A DNA stretch of 64,000 bases from Eremomyces bilateralis CBS 781.70 (Eukaryota), in NCBI GenBank assembly GCA_010015585.1, contig ML975166.1. One strand, written 5' to 3'. Below the pieces are notes generated by a model. That model was not told the origin of the DNA, made no database searches, and saw only the letters and a list, made by a program, of their open reading frames with translations. This document shows, in pieces, positions 24,704 through 38,148 of the stretch. Every line of letters starts with the position of its first letter. Positions within the stretch are counted from its first letter, which is position 1. Made by a program: the position numbers and the translations under genes.

Positions 24704-27064
24704 GCTGATGAGGTGACTATCAAATTTCCCTTGCCGTAGTCAGTATCCTGTTTAGATGTTGATTCTTGGTCGAACGAAGAGCGAACCAATTGAGGAAAAC
24801 AAGATCGAAAACTGAGCAAGCAAAAGAGGACGATGGGACAAGAGCAGAGAAGAAATCTTCTAAGCCAGATAGGCGGTAGTAATAGAGGGGGAAATGGTGG
24901 TCTCAACTCTCAACAGAAAGCACTAGATCGAAGCTCTAGTGTATGAGGGAGAAAAAAAAGAGCTTGCTTACAGTTGTGGGATATGACGTGGGGAAATCAA
25001 TTCTCAGGACGACAGGATGCTGACGGCAGCAGAAGCGAAGAGGAGAAAAGTTGTCAGAAAAACAGTCTGGGAGATGCGTGGGATGAGGGCGAAGAAGAAG
25101 CAAAAGTTGTTGAACGATCTTGTGGTGATTATTTGGTGATGATTCGTGTTGCTGTGGTGGTTGTGTAATGGCTGCTGTAGTAGATGTGTGATGCAAGTCA
25201 TGCAATTATCAGCCAGTTGGGCAAGGAAGCGACGTGGGAGTGACAGGGATGTGGTAGGGATTCAACAAGGGGCCCCCGGTCAGTTGGTACAAGATCCGCG
25301 CTCTAGAAACCTTATTGCCTGAAAATTGCCTGGAAATTGCCAATCCCTGGTGTTGGGCGGACAGTTGGGCCTAGAGCGGACCCAAGCGGGATGCTTGGAC
25401 TTGGTAGTGGTCAAAGCTTCAATATCATTTATCCAAATTCCAACTCCAGTATCAATTTATCCACAGTCCACGTGTTCGTCACCTGATAAGATTCCCAGCC
25501 TAACCAGAAATAGAAGGGTTGTTCGGGGCCTTGGACCCTGGTGCTAAATCTCGGAACAATAGAATTTCCAGGCTGCCTTTTGAAGTTTTGATCCATTTCA
25601 CGTGATCCGTCTCGTGTTGCTTCTTGCACATGTTTGTGTTGTCCCCTCAATCAGCCTGGAGACGTCCGTGGTCATATCGTGACACTCATATCGCCGCCAA
25701 CTGATCAACTGCCCCAACTCCTTAAATTGAATCTCCTCGGTTTGGATCCATTGCAGACCTCTACCGGACTCCCTCTATCAATCATGGTGGTGCGTGTAGC
25801 CCTCTTTCCTGCCCAAGACCACCCCGCTGACCCATTCACCCCAGCTCGGACGAATCACCCACATCGCTTTCGATGCCGTATTAGGTGCGTAAACCTTTGC
25901 CGCTATGCTTCTTCCCATAGACAGCACTAATCCTTCGTTCACAGTCTCGGCCTTTCTTGCCGGAGTCAAGCGCTCGACCGGCCTTTCGTATGTTGATCGT
26001 TGCCAAGAACCCCTTCGGAATCATATGAGTCCTCACGTTTGATGATGGCTAATGCGTACCCATCTGTGGGATTCTCTAGCCCTAGTTTCCGATCCGAACA
26101 CGTCTCGCAAAACACCGAAGTCCGAAAATGGCTCGATACCTATCTCTGGGTCGGCGAGGTCGTCATGGACCAGAGCGTCGCATTCATGAGCACGAGCAGT
26201 TATTTCGAGCGGAAACGATAGTCTGCGATGCAACGTCATCACTGGGCTTCGATCCTGGTTTACCATGACGAGCGTATTGACCTTGGATCGTGCGCACATG
26301 TTCCTGTGTCGTTGTCTATACCTCCTGGCGTTAGGAATTGGTGGGTCGGACTATGTCTGAGGATTGGGATGCGTTGCAGCTATTGTCAATGACATCGGGC
26401 GTCTGGATCATGTCTCCCAACCTGGTTTGTGGTGGATTTATACTCTCTTCTCTGTGGAGAACATGGAGAACGACTGTTATTTGAGAATACAATTGCAGGA
26501 GACCGCCAGACTCAGGCAATCCACTGAATGCAAATCAAAAGAGGTGTTTCATCAGTTAAGGATTTCTGCAGCACATTACCATATCCAGATTTGATTTGGT
26601 TTGGAGTCACGAGTCTCTCCTAAAGTGTATCATTCACCGATCTGATCACGTGTGGTTCTAGAGCAGGTCACGTGGCAACGACATCTCTCCATATACAGCA
26701 ACAGCATCGCGAGTTTGTCGGTCAACTAGGTATTAATAACCTCCTTTAACCGGAATAAAAGCATCAAGTCCATATGAATTCGACCGCTATGATGGCTCCT
26801 AAGTCTGCGCACCGCTTTAGATGATTATTCGTATCGGACGGGTGGAAGAATGTGCACTACTCGATGGTATGTAGGTCATGGAGGATCAGAACAATAGTAA
26901 GGAGAACAATATCAACATCAACAACATGTGGGCTCTTTGCTGTTTCCGGTTGCATGTCATTGCTTTCTTACAATGTTTTCATTCGTTCTCACCATGGAGG
27001 GTCTTCTTCCTTTATATGGAATCTTTCTTTCCTACACTAGCGATCGTGGAATAACTCGCACTCA

Positions 27065-30000
27065 ATGTCATCGGATCAGCATCACCATGGCCCAGAATCG
27101 GCTGCTGAAAAGGGCCTTCGATCGGGTTCTCGGCCGGCTACCAAACGAAGAACTTTCCGTCCCCGACGAAGAGAAAGCCTTGCTCATTCAGAACCAGATC
27201 GACACTCCCAAGCAACCGAAGATATTAAACAAGGAACACAAAAGGCCTCATGGAAGGCATTATTCGCCTTCACTACACGACGACATCTGGGACCTCTCTC
27301 TATTGCATCATTCTTCAGCATCGTCGCTGGTTTTTCAACTCCTGCACAGGCATTTTTGCTCGGCAAGTTAATCAATTCGTTTGTGGAATTTCAGACTGCG
27401 TCCATCACCAGCGATTTCTTTCTAAGCGAGATCCAAAAGTATTGTATTTATTTCGCAATCCTCGGCACCCTCAGGTGGTTTACTGCCGGAGGGATGTTGA
27501 TGACCTGGATGTTCTTTGGCGAGTTACAAGCCCGGAGCGCTCGAGAGCGAGCCTTCCATGGCATAATGAGGAAAGATATTGAGTGGTTTGATCTCCGGCA
27601 GCATGGGATTTCCGCGTTCTGTACCCGCATGCAAACGTAAGTCGAGTTCGAGTTCTACTGACGCTCCTGCTAAGATTTCAAAGGGGAATATCCGAGCTTC
27701 GAACCGCCACATCCTCTCCGTTCGGTTACTGTACCCAGCATATCTCCACTTGCTTATCGTCTCTGGGGTTGGCCCTGTTCTACTCATGGAAGCTCACACT
27801 TGTCACCCTAGCGACTTGGCCACTGGCCGTCGGTGCGTTGTTCTTCTGCTCGTCTCGAATCTCGCCAAATGTCGAGAGACAAGCGCAGAAACTCTCAGAA
27901 GCAGCAAAGATCACCAACACGGCATTCTCCTGCATCGAGACAGTGAAGTGCTTTAACGCTCACGATTCCGAGCTCTTCAAATACTCCGGAAGCATCTCCG
28001 AGGCGGCGAACTTTTACTTTCGACAGGCGAACTGGACGGGAGCTCAAGCGTCGGCCATGCGGCTTGCGACGTTGGCGATGTTTGTGCAAGGCTTCTGGTA
28101 CGGTAACACGCTGATCGCGGCAGGCGAAATGGATGCTGGCGATGTGGTGACTACTTTCTGGTGCGCCATCATGTCGACTCAGGCGCTGATGCACATTATG
28201 CCGATCATGATAATGTTTGAAAAGGGAAAGGTGGCGGCCGTACGCCTCTGCCTGGCCTTGGATCAAACATTCATCCGTGGTCGCCGGATGGAGCGCGGCG
28301 GGGACGTGAGGCTGGAGAGGTGCGTTGGAGACATTGAATTCAAAAAGGTACGACTTCCAGCGGACCATCCCTTTCGATGTCTAACGGTTCACAGGTCGCG
28401 TTTGCCTACCCAACACGTCCCGAGCAGATGGCCTTACGGGATGCATCCCTCTTCTTCCCCGCGGGCGAGATGACTTTCGTCATTGGGAAGAGCGGCTCGG
28501 GAAAGAGCACGCTTGGACAGCTCCTCGCAGGTTTCTACTATCCTTCGAAAGGGGATATCTTGCTTGATGGTCACGGTTTTGAGACCCTGGACATGAACGG
28601 CGTTCGCGAGAATATCACCCTGGTGCAGCAGGAATCCATTCTGTTTTCTGGGACGATACGCGAAAACATTGCGCTCGGTTCGCGGAGCTTTCCAACCGTC
28701 GACGATGGAGAAGTGCAGGATGCCGTAGCATTTTCGTTGCTCGACGGTACGATTCGAGACATGGCAAAGGGCCTCGAAACCCCCGTTGGACTGAAGGGCA
28801 ACACTCTGAGCGGTGGCCAGCGTCAACGAATGGCCATCGCCCGAGCGCGACTGCGCGATACCCCGATCCTCATCCTGGATGAGTCGACTAGCGCATTGGA
28901 TTACATCAATCGTTCCTTGATTATGGACAGCATTCGGAAATGGCGCCGAGGCAAAACAACGATTGTGATCACGCACGACATATCGCAAATCCTCCCGGAA
29001 GATTATGTCTATGTCATGAAGAGTGGCGAAGTTGTCCAAGAGGGTTTCCGAAAGTCCCTGTCCGATCAGCGCGAGACGCATTTCCAAGAATTTCTGCAGC
29101 CGGAGCCAGAACCAGCCGATGTCTTTGTCCACACGACGGAAACCGGGAGCGCTCTCAGTGGCGAGATCGATCTGTACTACGACGAAGACGGCGCAGAACA
29201 GAGCATGGTACCCAGCTTTTTTACCGGACGGTTCGGCAATTCCCCCAATCGAGACTCCATGCGCCTTCCTCCGATTGTGTCACCATTCTGGAAACTGATG
29301 CCACCGATAAACCAATCCGAACCTGGATCGCACACGTCGGCGTTCGCTCTCCCGGAGAGAGCCTCGGTGTTCTTTGGTGCCATAGATCGGCCCGAAATTC
29401 TCGACCAGTTTCTGGAGCGGACCGAAAACGTTGCCGCAAATGGCAGAAAGAATTCAGTGGCCCTGGGGATTCTTGGGTCTCCACGCCAGGGAGCGAAGAT
29501 GGAGCCAGAGAAGCGCAAGGTGAAGGAAACACCGAAAAAGCTGTCGCACATCTTGAAAACGGTATGGCCTCGATTGCCATGGCACGGTCGAGTCAGTCTT
29601 GTCCTCGCGGTGGTGGCGACAGTAACGTATTCCGCCGCCACGCCGGTCTTCGCTTTTGTCTTCTCCAAGCTCCTGGCGACGTATTTTGACCCGTCGAACC
29701 TGCAGGCGCAAGCTCGGACATATTCCCTCTCGATCATCGGGATCGCCGTGGGCGATGTCATCGCCTTGTTTTGCATGTACTCGCAGTTTCATCGAGTCGG
29801 TCAACTTTGGGTCAACCAGATCCGAATCGATGCAATGAAGCGGATCCTTGCGCAGCCTCGAGACTTCTTCGACCAGGAAGAATACAGCGTCTCGAAGCTC
29901 ACGGAGTGCCTGGACAATCGAGCAGAGGAAATGCAGTACATTATCTCCCGATTCGTCGGAAACATCCTCGTGGTGACCGTCATGATGAGCATCGCCGTCG

Positions 30001-31385
30001 TTTGGAGCATGACCACGAACTGGAAGCTGACCCTCGTCGCGGTTGCGACCGCGCCGATCATCTACGGAGTCTCGTCAAAGTTTACCAAAATGAATGGATT
30101 TCATGACCGGAAATGTAACGATGCCTCGGAATGGGCGGCCAGCATTTTTCTCGAGACCTTTTCGAATATCAAGACGATCCGATCGCTCACCATTGAGGGC
30201 CATTTTGAGGACAAATACATCCGGGAAACCAAACGCATATTCAGGAAGGGTGTGTTTCGAGCGATATCTGGCGGCTGCTTTTTTGGCCTGTCGGAATCCA
30301 GTTTCATCTACGTCACCGCGCTGATTTTCCACTACTCGGGCGTCTTGGTCAATTCTCAAGGTGCCCCAGTGGCGGGGATTCTGCAAGTCATCACGTTGCT
30401 CCTCTTCAGCTTGACCAACATCCAGATGATCATCGCTTTCATCCCGCAGCTGAGTGAAGCCAGGGATGCTGCCACGCGCTTGTTGAAGTTGAGCGAGCTT
30501 CCCACCACCTCCCACGAAGACGAAGGCAGTACGCGAATCTCCTCGATTGGTGACATCCACTTCTCCCGACTCAACTTCCGATACCCATCGCAACCTTCTC
30601 AACCCATTCTTCAAGACCTCTCCCTAGTATTGCCGTCAGGCACCTGCACCGCGCTTGTCGGAGCATCAGGGTCGGGAAAGTCGACGGTGGCTTCATTGCT
30701 TGTGAAATTGTACACCACCCATACGGCGGCTTCATCATCCGGCAACATCACCCTCTCCGGCCGGGACATATTCCGCTTGCACACTCCGACCTTGCGGAAT
30801 CTCATCACCATCGTTCCCCAAACCCCGGTTCTTTTCCCCGTGTCCCTCGCTGACAATATTGCTTATGGTATCCATCCCACCTCACACTTGGCCTCTCTCG
30901 CTAGCATCCGTGAAGCGGCCGAAGCGGCAGGGATACACGAATTTATATCCAGTTTACCCCAAGGCTATGACACGCTCGTGGGCGATGGTGGCATGGGACT
31001 ATCCGGCGGGCAGGCACAACGCGTTGCCATTGCCCGCGCCATCGCCCGACATCCGCGGGTGTTGGTCCTCGACGAAGCGACCGCATCACTAGATATGGAG
31101 AGCGCCGGAATCATACGAGACACGGTGAAAAGATTGATCGGCGAGGGACCGGGAAGCGCAAGACGATCGTCGAATGGGTGGAGGACGGCCACGAGCGGGA
31201 GGAGCGGTGGCAGGGATGAAGAGATGACAGTGCTGATCATCACGCATGCGAGGGAGATGATGAGCGTGGCGGATCAGATTGTCATGCTGGAGAAGGGACA
31301 GGTGGTAGAAGAAGGGGGGTTCGAGGAGTTGAAGGCGAGGAATGGTTGGTTTGCGAAGCTGTTGCAAGGAGAACGTGGAGAGTGA
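27065..31385 (+). CDS. STE6: Full-length ABCB transporter, STE6/HST6-type lipopeptide pheromone exporter
   Basis: WKALFAFTTRRH N-terminal motif; TMD-NBD-TMD-NBD with GKSGSGKST/LSGGQRQR/ILDE and GASGSGKST/LSGGQAQR/VLDE; introns 27637-27683 (or 27674) and 28348-28394. Confidence 0.85.
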
Positions 31386-31768
31386 GCGGATCCGGCAAAG
31401 GAGGCTGCTGCACACGGGGTTGACGCGAGGCTCACAAGGTTACAATCGATTAAATACAGCTTTCTTAGGACCAATTTCGGGGTAGAAACATACTCTCTAC
31501 ATAGTTCTCACAGCGTACCCCATTAAGACCGAATTAATAGGTGTATTAATTACGTGCAGACTGTAACGTCATGGCACCGATTTGTATGCGGCTAGGTAAT
31601 CACGTGGAGATAAAGTTTGTTGTCTGGGCAACAGGCAACAACGTCAACACCTCAACTGACCAACATCAGACGACCTCATAAACGCATTCAACTCTACACC
31701 ATATCTTCTACCACGAAAGAAACCTCTTCAAATCCGATATAAGTGACGATCGAGTATCCAATTCCAGT

Positions 31769-34618
31769 ATGGCGCCTGTAACGCGCGCACGAGCTGCGAA
31801 GACGAAGCCACCCGCCTCACCGAAGAGGTCCAAATCTCCCAAGAAGCCGACGTTGAAAGCTCCACCAAAGCGTGCCAGAAAACCTACAGCTGCTCCACCG
31901 CCGGAGACTAAAGTGGAGGAAGACAAGCCCGTTCCGGCTGCGCCCAAAGCGACCGCATCTACGAGGGCTTCTCGAACAAAAGCAGCCGCGATTGGCAAAC
32001 CAACCACGGGATCGCGGGCAAGAGCAGCTCCCAAGACCACCACAACCACATCTACGTCCTCTCGGACCACGAGAAAGCGACCTGCGAAGGATGAAGATGA
32101 CCCTGTATGCTGCTCCAGTCAATATTGTCCTACATCATTTATTCTAACCCAGCATCCCAACTTTAGCCCAAAGCATCAGCACCACCACGAAAGCGAACAA
32201 GAAGCGCTGCCAAAGCCAAGCCCGACCAGGTTCCTGAGCCGACGCCTGCTCCCGTGCCAGAACCTGAGCCTGAATTTGAAGCAGAGGTTTCCGCTGAAGC
32301 CATCCCGACCGAGACGGGGGTGGGATCCGAGGCTCACAACGAGGATACGGAGGCCGCACCAATTGAGGGCCAGGGCAACACAACCACGGAAACCACCATG
32401 ACAGTATCAACGCCGGCATCTCCATCGAAAGTCTCTCGTATCCCAAGACCCTCTCCACAGACCACTCCACAAAGCACGTCAAGGAAAGCAAGTGCGCCAC
32501 ACTTTAGCCCGCAGCTGTTTACCCACAGCATTGGGAGATCAAAAACGGCGCATTCAACGAAGAATGGCCTGAAGGAGTCGCTCCTCGGTGTGTCTCCGAG
32601 GAAGCTCAAACTTCCTTCGGTTACGAAATCAGGGACCAATATCCCAGCCCCAGCCTCCCCGAGCAAGGAGCATGTACAAGAGCTGACCCCCAAGGTCGTC
32701 GGAGCAGGGACGGATCCCTTCTGCCTTAACACGCCCGTTGCCAGTGGATTTAAGACTGCGCCGGTTGAAGGGATTGAGCAGTCTCCAGCACCAGATGCCA
32801 ACCTTGATGGCGATGATGGATACCTGCCAGAAATCGTGGAGTCCCAGTTCGAGGCGGCACTTGCCGCGCTTGAAGAGCCGGCTCCATCTATACCACTATC
32901 CACACCGGCAGTAGCTTCTCCAGAACGGCACATGGAAATCCACGTCGATGAGCCGGCGAGTCATTATCCTAACGAAACAGAGCACACCGTCATCCAATCC
33001 CCAATGACGCCGACTCGCCCACCACAGACACCAAGGACGGCAAAGTCGCATTGTGAAGGATTCGGCGCAGCCATCAAACAACCTGTCTTTGCAGACACGC
33101 CAAATGAGCCTCTCGTCCGAACAACGTCCATCTTCTCCTCCACCAAGTCCTTTGGTTCGGCGCGACGACCACCAGCAAAAGAGAAATTCCTTCAGTCGGC
33201 GCCTAGGCGATCATGCCTCACCGTACCCCCCAAGTTCCGACAAATGGCCGCTCGAATCCCTGATCGTCTATCCAGCTTGAATACCTCGCCGACAAAAGCG
33301 GGTGTTCAGAAGCAATCCGGTGTCCGGGCATCGCCTGGGAAACTGAGCGCAAGTTACAGTGCGGTCTCATCACCTACCAAATCACCAAAGAGGTCTCCGC
33401 TCAAAGAGATTACGGAGGAACTAGGGACCATGGCCTTTGATCAGAACCTTTGCATGCCGAGAGATGCTTCGTTGGAACCGATTTCTCGCCCCGTCTTTGT
33501 CGACCATGAAGAGACTGAGACTCCCGATGCAACCATTACGCTAGAAGAGTTCATCAACACACCGTTTCTTCAGCGGACCCCTACCGCCAAGGCAGAGTCA
33601 GCAGTAGAGTCAGCGGTGTCCTTCGCTCCTCTGGGCAAAGTACCGGAATTGAACAAGCCCATCTGTTCGCCGACGAAATCATCCATCCGATCACCGGAGC
33701 GGCGGTTGTCGCCCAAAAAGTCGGTCACATTCCAGGAAGAGAAGAGTCCATTGAGCAGCCCGAATTCATCGCTCCTGGAGGGCGTTATTGCCTTTGTTGA
33801 CGTGAACACCAACGATGGAGCCGATGCGACGCACCTATTCAAGCCGTTGCTTGAAGAGATGGGCGCAGTCTGCGTCCCGCAGTGGACAAGTAATTCCATG
33901 AGCATAACACATGTCATCTTCAAAGACGGGGATAGTATGACGCTTGAGAAGGTCGTTGCCAGTAATGATGCAGTTCTTGCCGTGAACATTGCGTGGCCAA
34001 TTGAGTAGGCATTCCATCCAGGATCATTTGACAGCATTCACTAACATTCCCAGCTGTGAACGCTTCAACAAGCGGCTTGATGAGCAATCATACCTCATCA
34101 ACCTATCCCATATCCCGGGGAGCCCACGGCCGCTGCACAGCCGAAGCCCGAACGCAAGTCCCGTACACGACGCTAAAACTCCGGCTTGCCCAACGCCCGT
34201 CCACTTCAAATCCACACCGTCACGGCCCAGAACGCCCAGACCGGGGTACTCATCCTCACGCTTTGCCATCAAAACCCCGGCATGGCTTGCTGGGAGCATC
34301 AACAAGCATGCGAGCACACCCAATCTCCGGCTCTGCTCGCCTGAAAACAAGGAGAACGAAGAAAACCTCGCCAATTTTCCATGCGGCGAGAGTGAAGGGG
34401 GTTATTCACCGACGACCCCGTACTTCCTGAAGCCGAGCAACCTGGTGCAGCAGACATGTCCACCCAAGCAACACGGACAATCCATGTTTTTGGTGGACGA
34501 TGCGCAGACGTCGTTTAAGCAGCGGCTGATGTTGGCGAAACGCAGGAGTCTGGAGTTTGCACCGAAAGTGCCCAGCCCATTGAGGGCCATGAGACAGAAT
34601 CCGAAGTTCGGGTACTAA
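31769..34618 (+). CDS. Low-complexity protein with a C-terminal microcephalin-like BRCT domain
   Basis: LEGVIAFVDV..DG.D....F..LL.EMGA..THVIFKDG..TL.K..V...W..DC BRCT pattern; C-terminal PTTPYFL..QQTCPPKQ..RRSLEFAPKVPSPL; introns 32105-32166 and 34005-34053. Confidence 0.8.
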
Positions 34619-35010
34619 TTCTCCGCTTAACGACATTGCAAAGCTTATCTTGAGTTGGAATTCACAATCAGATTGTATAGCTTCGTCTCTTCGTTTGCTG
34701 AGGTTTAAATTGATACCACGCATGGCTAGCGGGAGTTTCTTCTGGGGTTGGAAGGTAGCATGCTGGATTGGACTGGAACGATAAGGATCGTTGCTCCGTT
34801 ATTGCTTTTGTAACCTTAGCTGGAAATATCATCAGCCTGAACAAGACAACCCCCGGTGGCTGGATGCTGCATACAGTGTCCTGCCGATATTATGATCGCA
34901 TCTGAACCCTTCCCACAACGCCGTCTAACGACTCATCGCATAAAACCTCCTGGTCTCATATATGGCCACTTCTGACAATGTGTACGGTCGGAGGGGGTTT
35001 CGAGGGGTCG

Positions 35011-35429
35011 CTATGCCCATGCCACATCCAGAACATATGACTTCATAGCCCTGATCGCGTCGCCTTCATGCTTCTTGAGCAGTTCCGTAGCCTTAGCCTT
35101 CGGCATCTCTAGTTCATTCATCTACATGCCATCGCATCAGCGTTCGCTCGTCCAGTGCCTTGCATATCCACGCTCCGACTTACCACTAGCGTAATATCGG
35201 CCGTCTCGACCTTCACCTTCTTCGCCTCCGCATCCTCTTTCTTATCCTTGACTTCCAATGCCCTCATCGCCTGGCCGAGTGCCTCAGCGGCGTCGACATT
35301 CCGTGTAGCTCGTTCGTCCGCATCGTGGGCGTCGAGCGCTTCAAGGGCGGCGGCAGCCTTGCGGTCTTCGGCACTGCCGGGGCCAGTGGCTTGTGGCTCT
35401 TCGTCTTGTTCAGTCTCGTGGGAAGCCAT
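35011..35429 (-). CDS. Huntingtin-interacting protein K (HYPK)-like protein with a UBA-like C-terminus
   Basis: AEDRKAAAAL..VKV...DI.LV|MNELEMPKAKATELLKKHEGD; intron 35122-35183; TAG at 35011-35013. Confidence 0.85.
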
Positions 35430-35859
35430 TTTGACCGGAAATTATAGGGAAATGATCGCGGATGGTCTTGGAAAAGATGAGGTCGAGACATTCGCCAAAA
35501 ATGCCCGAAATGGTTTCGAGGCGCTAGTCGTTGAGTGGTCGCTGGTTATTGGTCTGTTACAGTACGGTATTAAAACTAGTTTTAAAACGGCTGATGGAAA
35601 TCGAAGGTCGATGAATCAGATGGATTTGCATCGCCTGAGAGAATCATGAATATTACATCTCAACATCTTTAATAAATAGAACAATTGCAAGGAATCTTGA
35701 TGGGTTTTAATCCGTTCATGCTACGAGAGACATTCTAAGAGACAACCCTCCGAACCAAGTATCGGTAGGACCTATATGTACCTTGTCTCCTTCCTCAATT
35801 CAGGTCTCCCAGATCCGCCTCCCTTGCCCTGTCCGCATTTTGGTATCAAAAATATTCCA

Positions 35860-35866
35860 TGAGTCA
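35860..35866 (-). promoter_or_regulatory. CpcA/Gcn4 recognition element (TGACTCA)
   Basis: ATGAGTCAC on the plus strand, about 165 bp upstream of the DAHP synthase ATG. Confidence 0.55.
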
Positions 35867-36028
35867 CAAGGAATTCTATCGTCTCCATATTAGACACATA
35901 TTAGACATATGATCGCCTAATCGCTTGGATCCTTTACCAACAAATCAAATTTCAAGAATTGTATTCGAACCACTCAACCCCCCTACCGCTTCTCTTTCCC
36001 CATCGTCACTATATTTCTCGATTTTGCC

Positions 36029-37552
36029 ATGTCGAATCAGGCGAACGTTTCCCAGAACCAGTGGTCCCCATCATGTAAGTCAACTCGCGCTATCCTCACC
36101 TGAGTTCCAGTGCTAACCCGCGCTGAATAGCATGGCGATTGAAGCCCATCAAACAAGAGGTGGTTTACGAAGACAGCAAGGCAGTTGAGGCTGCTATTTC
36201 GAAGCTCCAGACCCTCCCTCCATTGGTGACACCGACGGAAATCGTCCGACTAAAGTCGAGCCTTCGAGATGTTGCGCTCGGCAAAGCCTTCCTTCTTCAA
36301 GGTGGCGATTGTGCCGAACTCTTTTCTTACTGCGAGGAGGGTGCGATTGACTCGAAAATCAAGCTCATCCTCCAGATGAGCTTGGTCTTAATTTGGGGAG
36401 CAAACAAACCTGTGGTTCGAATAGCTCGAATGGCTGGGCAGTATGCGAAGCCAAGGTCGAGCCCCGTCGAAAAGGTGGATGGAAAGGAAATCCCGTCGTT
36501 CAGAGGAGATATCTTGAATGGATATTCACCCGAAGACAGGAGAATTGACCCGGAGCGACTTGTCAGCGCCTACCACCATTCCGCCGCTACGTTGAATTAC
36601 ACGCGAGCACAGCTAGGATCCGGTATGGCAGACCTACACAACTCGCTGGACTGGGAACTTGGCCATGTGAAAGACAAGGAATTACAAGCGAAGTACCAGC
36701 GGATCGTCTCAAGCATCACCGACTCCTTGCGATTCATGCGAACTGTTGGTGCCGACACCGCCGGCCAGTTGCAGACGGTTGACCTATTCACCAGCCATGA
36801 GGCCCTAGTCTTGGAGTACGAGCAGAGTTTGACAAGAAGCTTACGGCATCCCTCGCGATCGGCTACGGCCTCCGGGGACTCTACAAACTCCAACGATAAG
36901 GGCTGGTACGATACTTCTGCCCATTTTGTGTGGATTGGTGATCGCACGAGACAGTTGGATGGCGCCCATGTCGAGTTCTTTAGGGGAATCGAAAACCCGA
37001 TCGGTATCAAAGTGGGACCAACAATGGAAGCGGAAGAGCTAGTGAACCTTTTGGATATTGTGAATCCCCGGAAAGAAATCGGAAAAGTAACCTTGATCAC
37101 AAGATACGGCCAAGATAAGGTAGAGAAGATGCTCGGACAACATATCGTGGCGGTAAAGGCTACGGATCATGTCGTGGTCTGGCAATGTGATCCAATGCAC
37201 GGGTATGCGAGCAGACCAATATACCATCCTTGATGCCGTGCTAATTGATTCTAGAAACACCCGAACAACGAATACCGGAATTAAGACACGTCATTTCAGC
37301 AGCATCCTTTCCGAAGTATCATCTGCCCTACGGATTCATCGAGAGCATGGCTCGTTCCTGGGCGGCGTCCATTTGGAATTGACGGGCGATGCCGTGACCG
37401 AGTGTGTCGGAGGCAGCGAGGGATTGGCCGAAGCAGATTTAAGCCTGAACTATACCACGTTCTGCGATCCCCGGCTTAATGAGAAACAGGCATTGGAGCT
37501 TGCGTTTCTCGTTGCAGGGCATTATCGAGGAGAATCGTCAGAAGCGGCTTGA
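36029..37552 (+). CDS. Class II DAHP synthase (phospho-2-dehydro-3-deoxyheptonate aldolase)
   Basis: LQGGDCAE, RMAGQYAKPRS, TSHEAL..YE, WIGDRTRQ, NPIGIKVGP, CDPMHGN, GGVHLE, CDPRLN; introns 36075-36130 and 37203-37254. Confidence 0.95.
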
Positions 37553-38148
37553 TTTCACTCAGACTGTGTGAAACAGGTTCCATTCTCACCGTCCTTGAAA
37601 TCAGGATGGGGCGTGACCTGGAGCGAGTTCTCACATCGGTTTTCAGCCCAAAGGACATTCTCCCCGAGCTACAGTACACGACTTGGCCGTACCTTAAGTA
37701 CGGAGTATCTTGGGCCAAATTACTGGAGGCTGTGTTGAGAAATCAAGAGAGATTCCTTTGTGGTGCGACGGATTCTGACAGGGTGGTGTAACTGTAGAGT
37801 ACGGTAGTGCTCGACGACAGGCTGGGTTAGCGGCGAACTGACCAGTGCCGAAACAAGTCTATAATAGGAATTGATTCTCAATACACACAAACACACCGTT
37901 CTTAAGTAGAGTTTGGCTCGAGCTTGATCTCGAGAATGAAAAGGGCATCTCAATGTCGGATATTACATACCATAAACCAAGGGCACTAAAATCACGGGTG
38001 CGATCGCTAAGAACTGGAGCTTGGATCCAGCACTTACCATAGTACTCCTGTGGTCCCTTGGGGAAATCATCATCTCCAATTTCGCAATACCAAAAAGAGA
38101 ATGAAACCTCAACGCATTCACATCTTTGTCCAACTATAAACGGTGACA

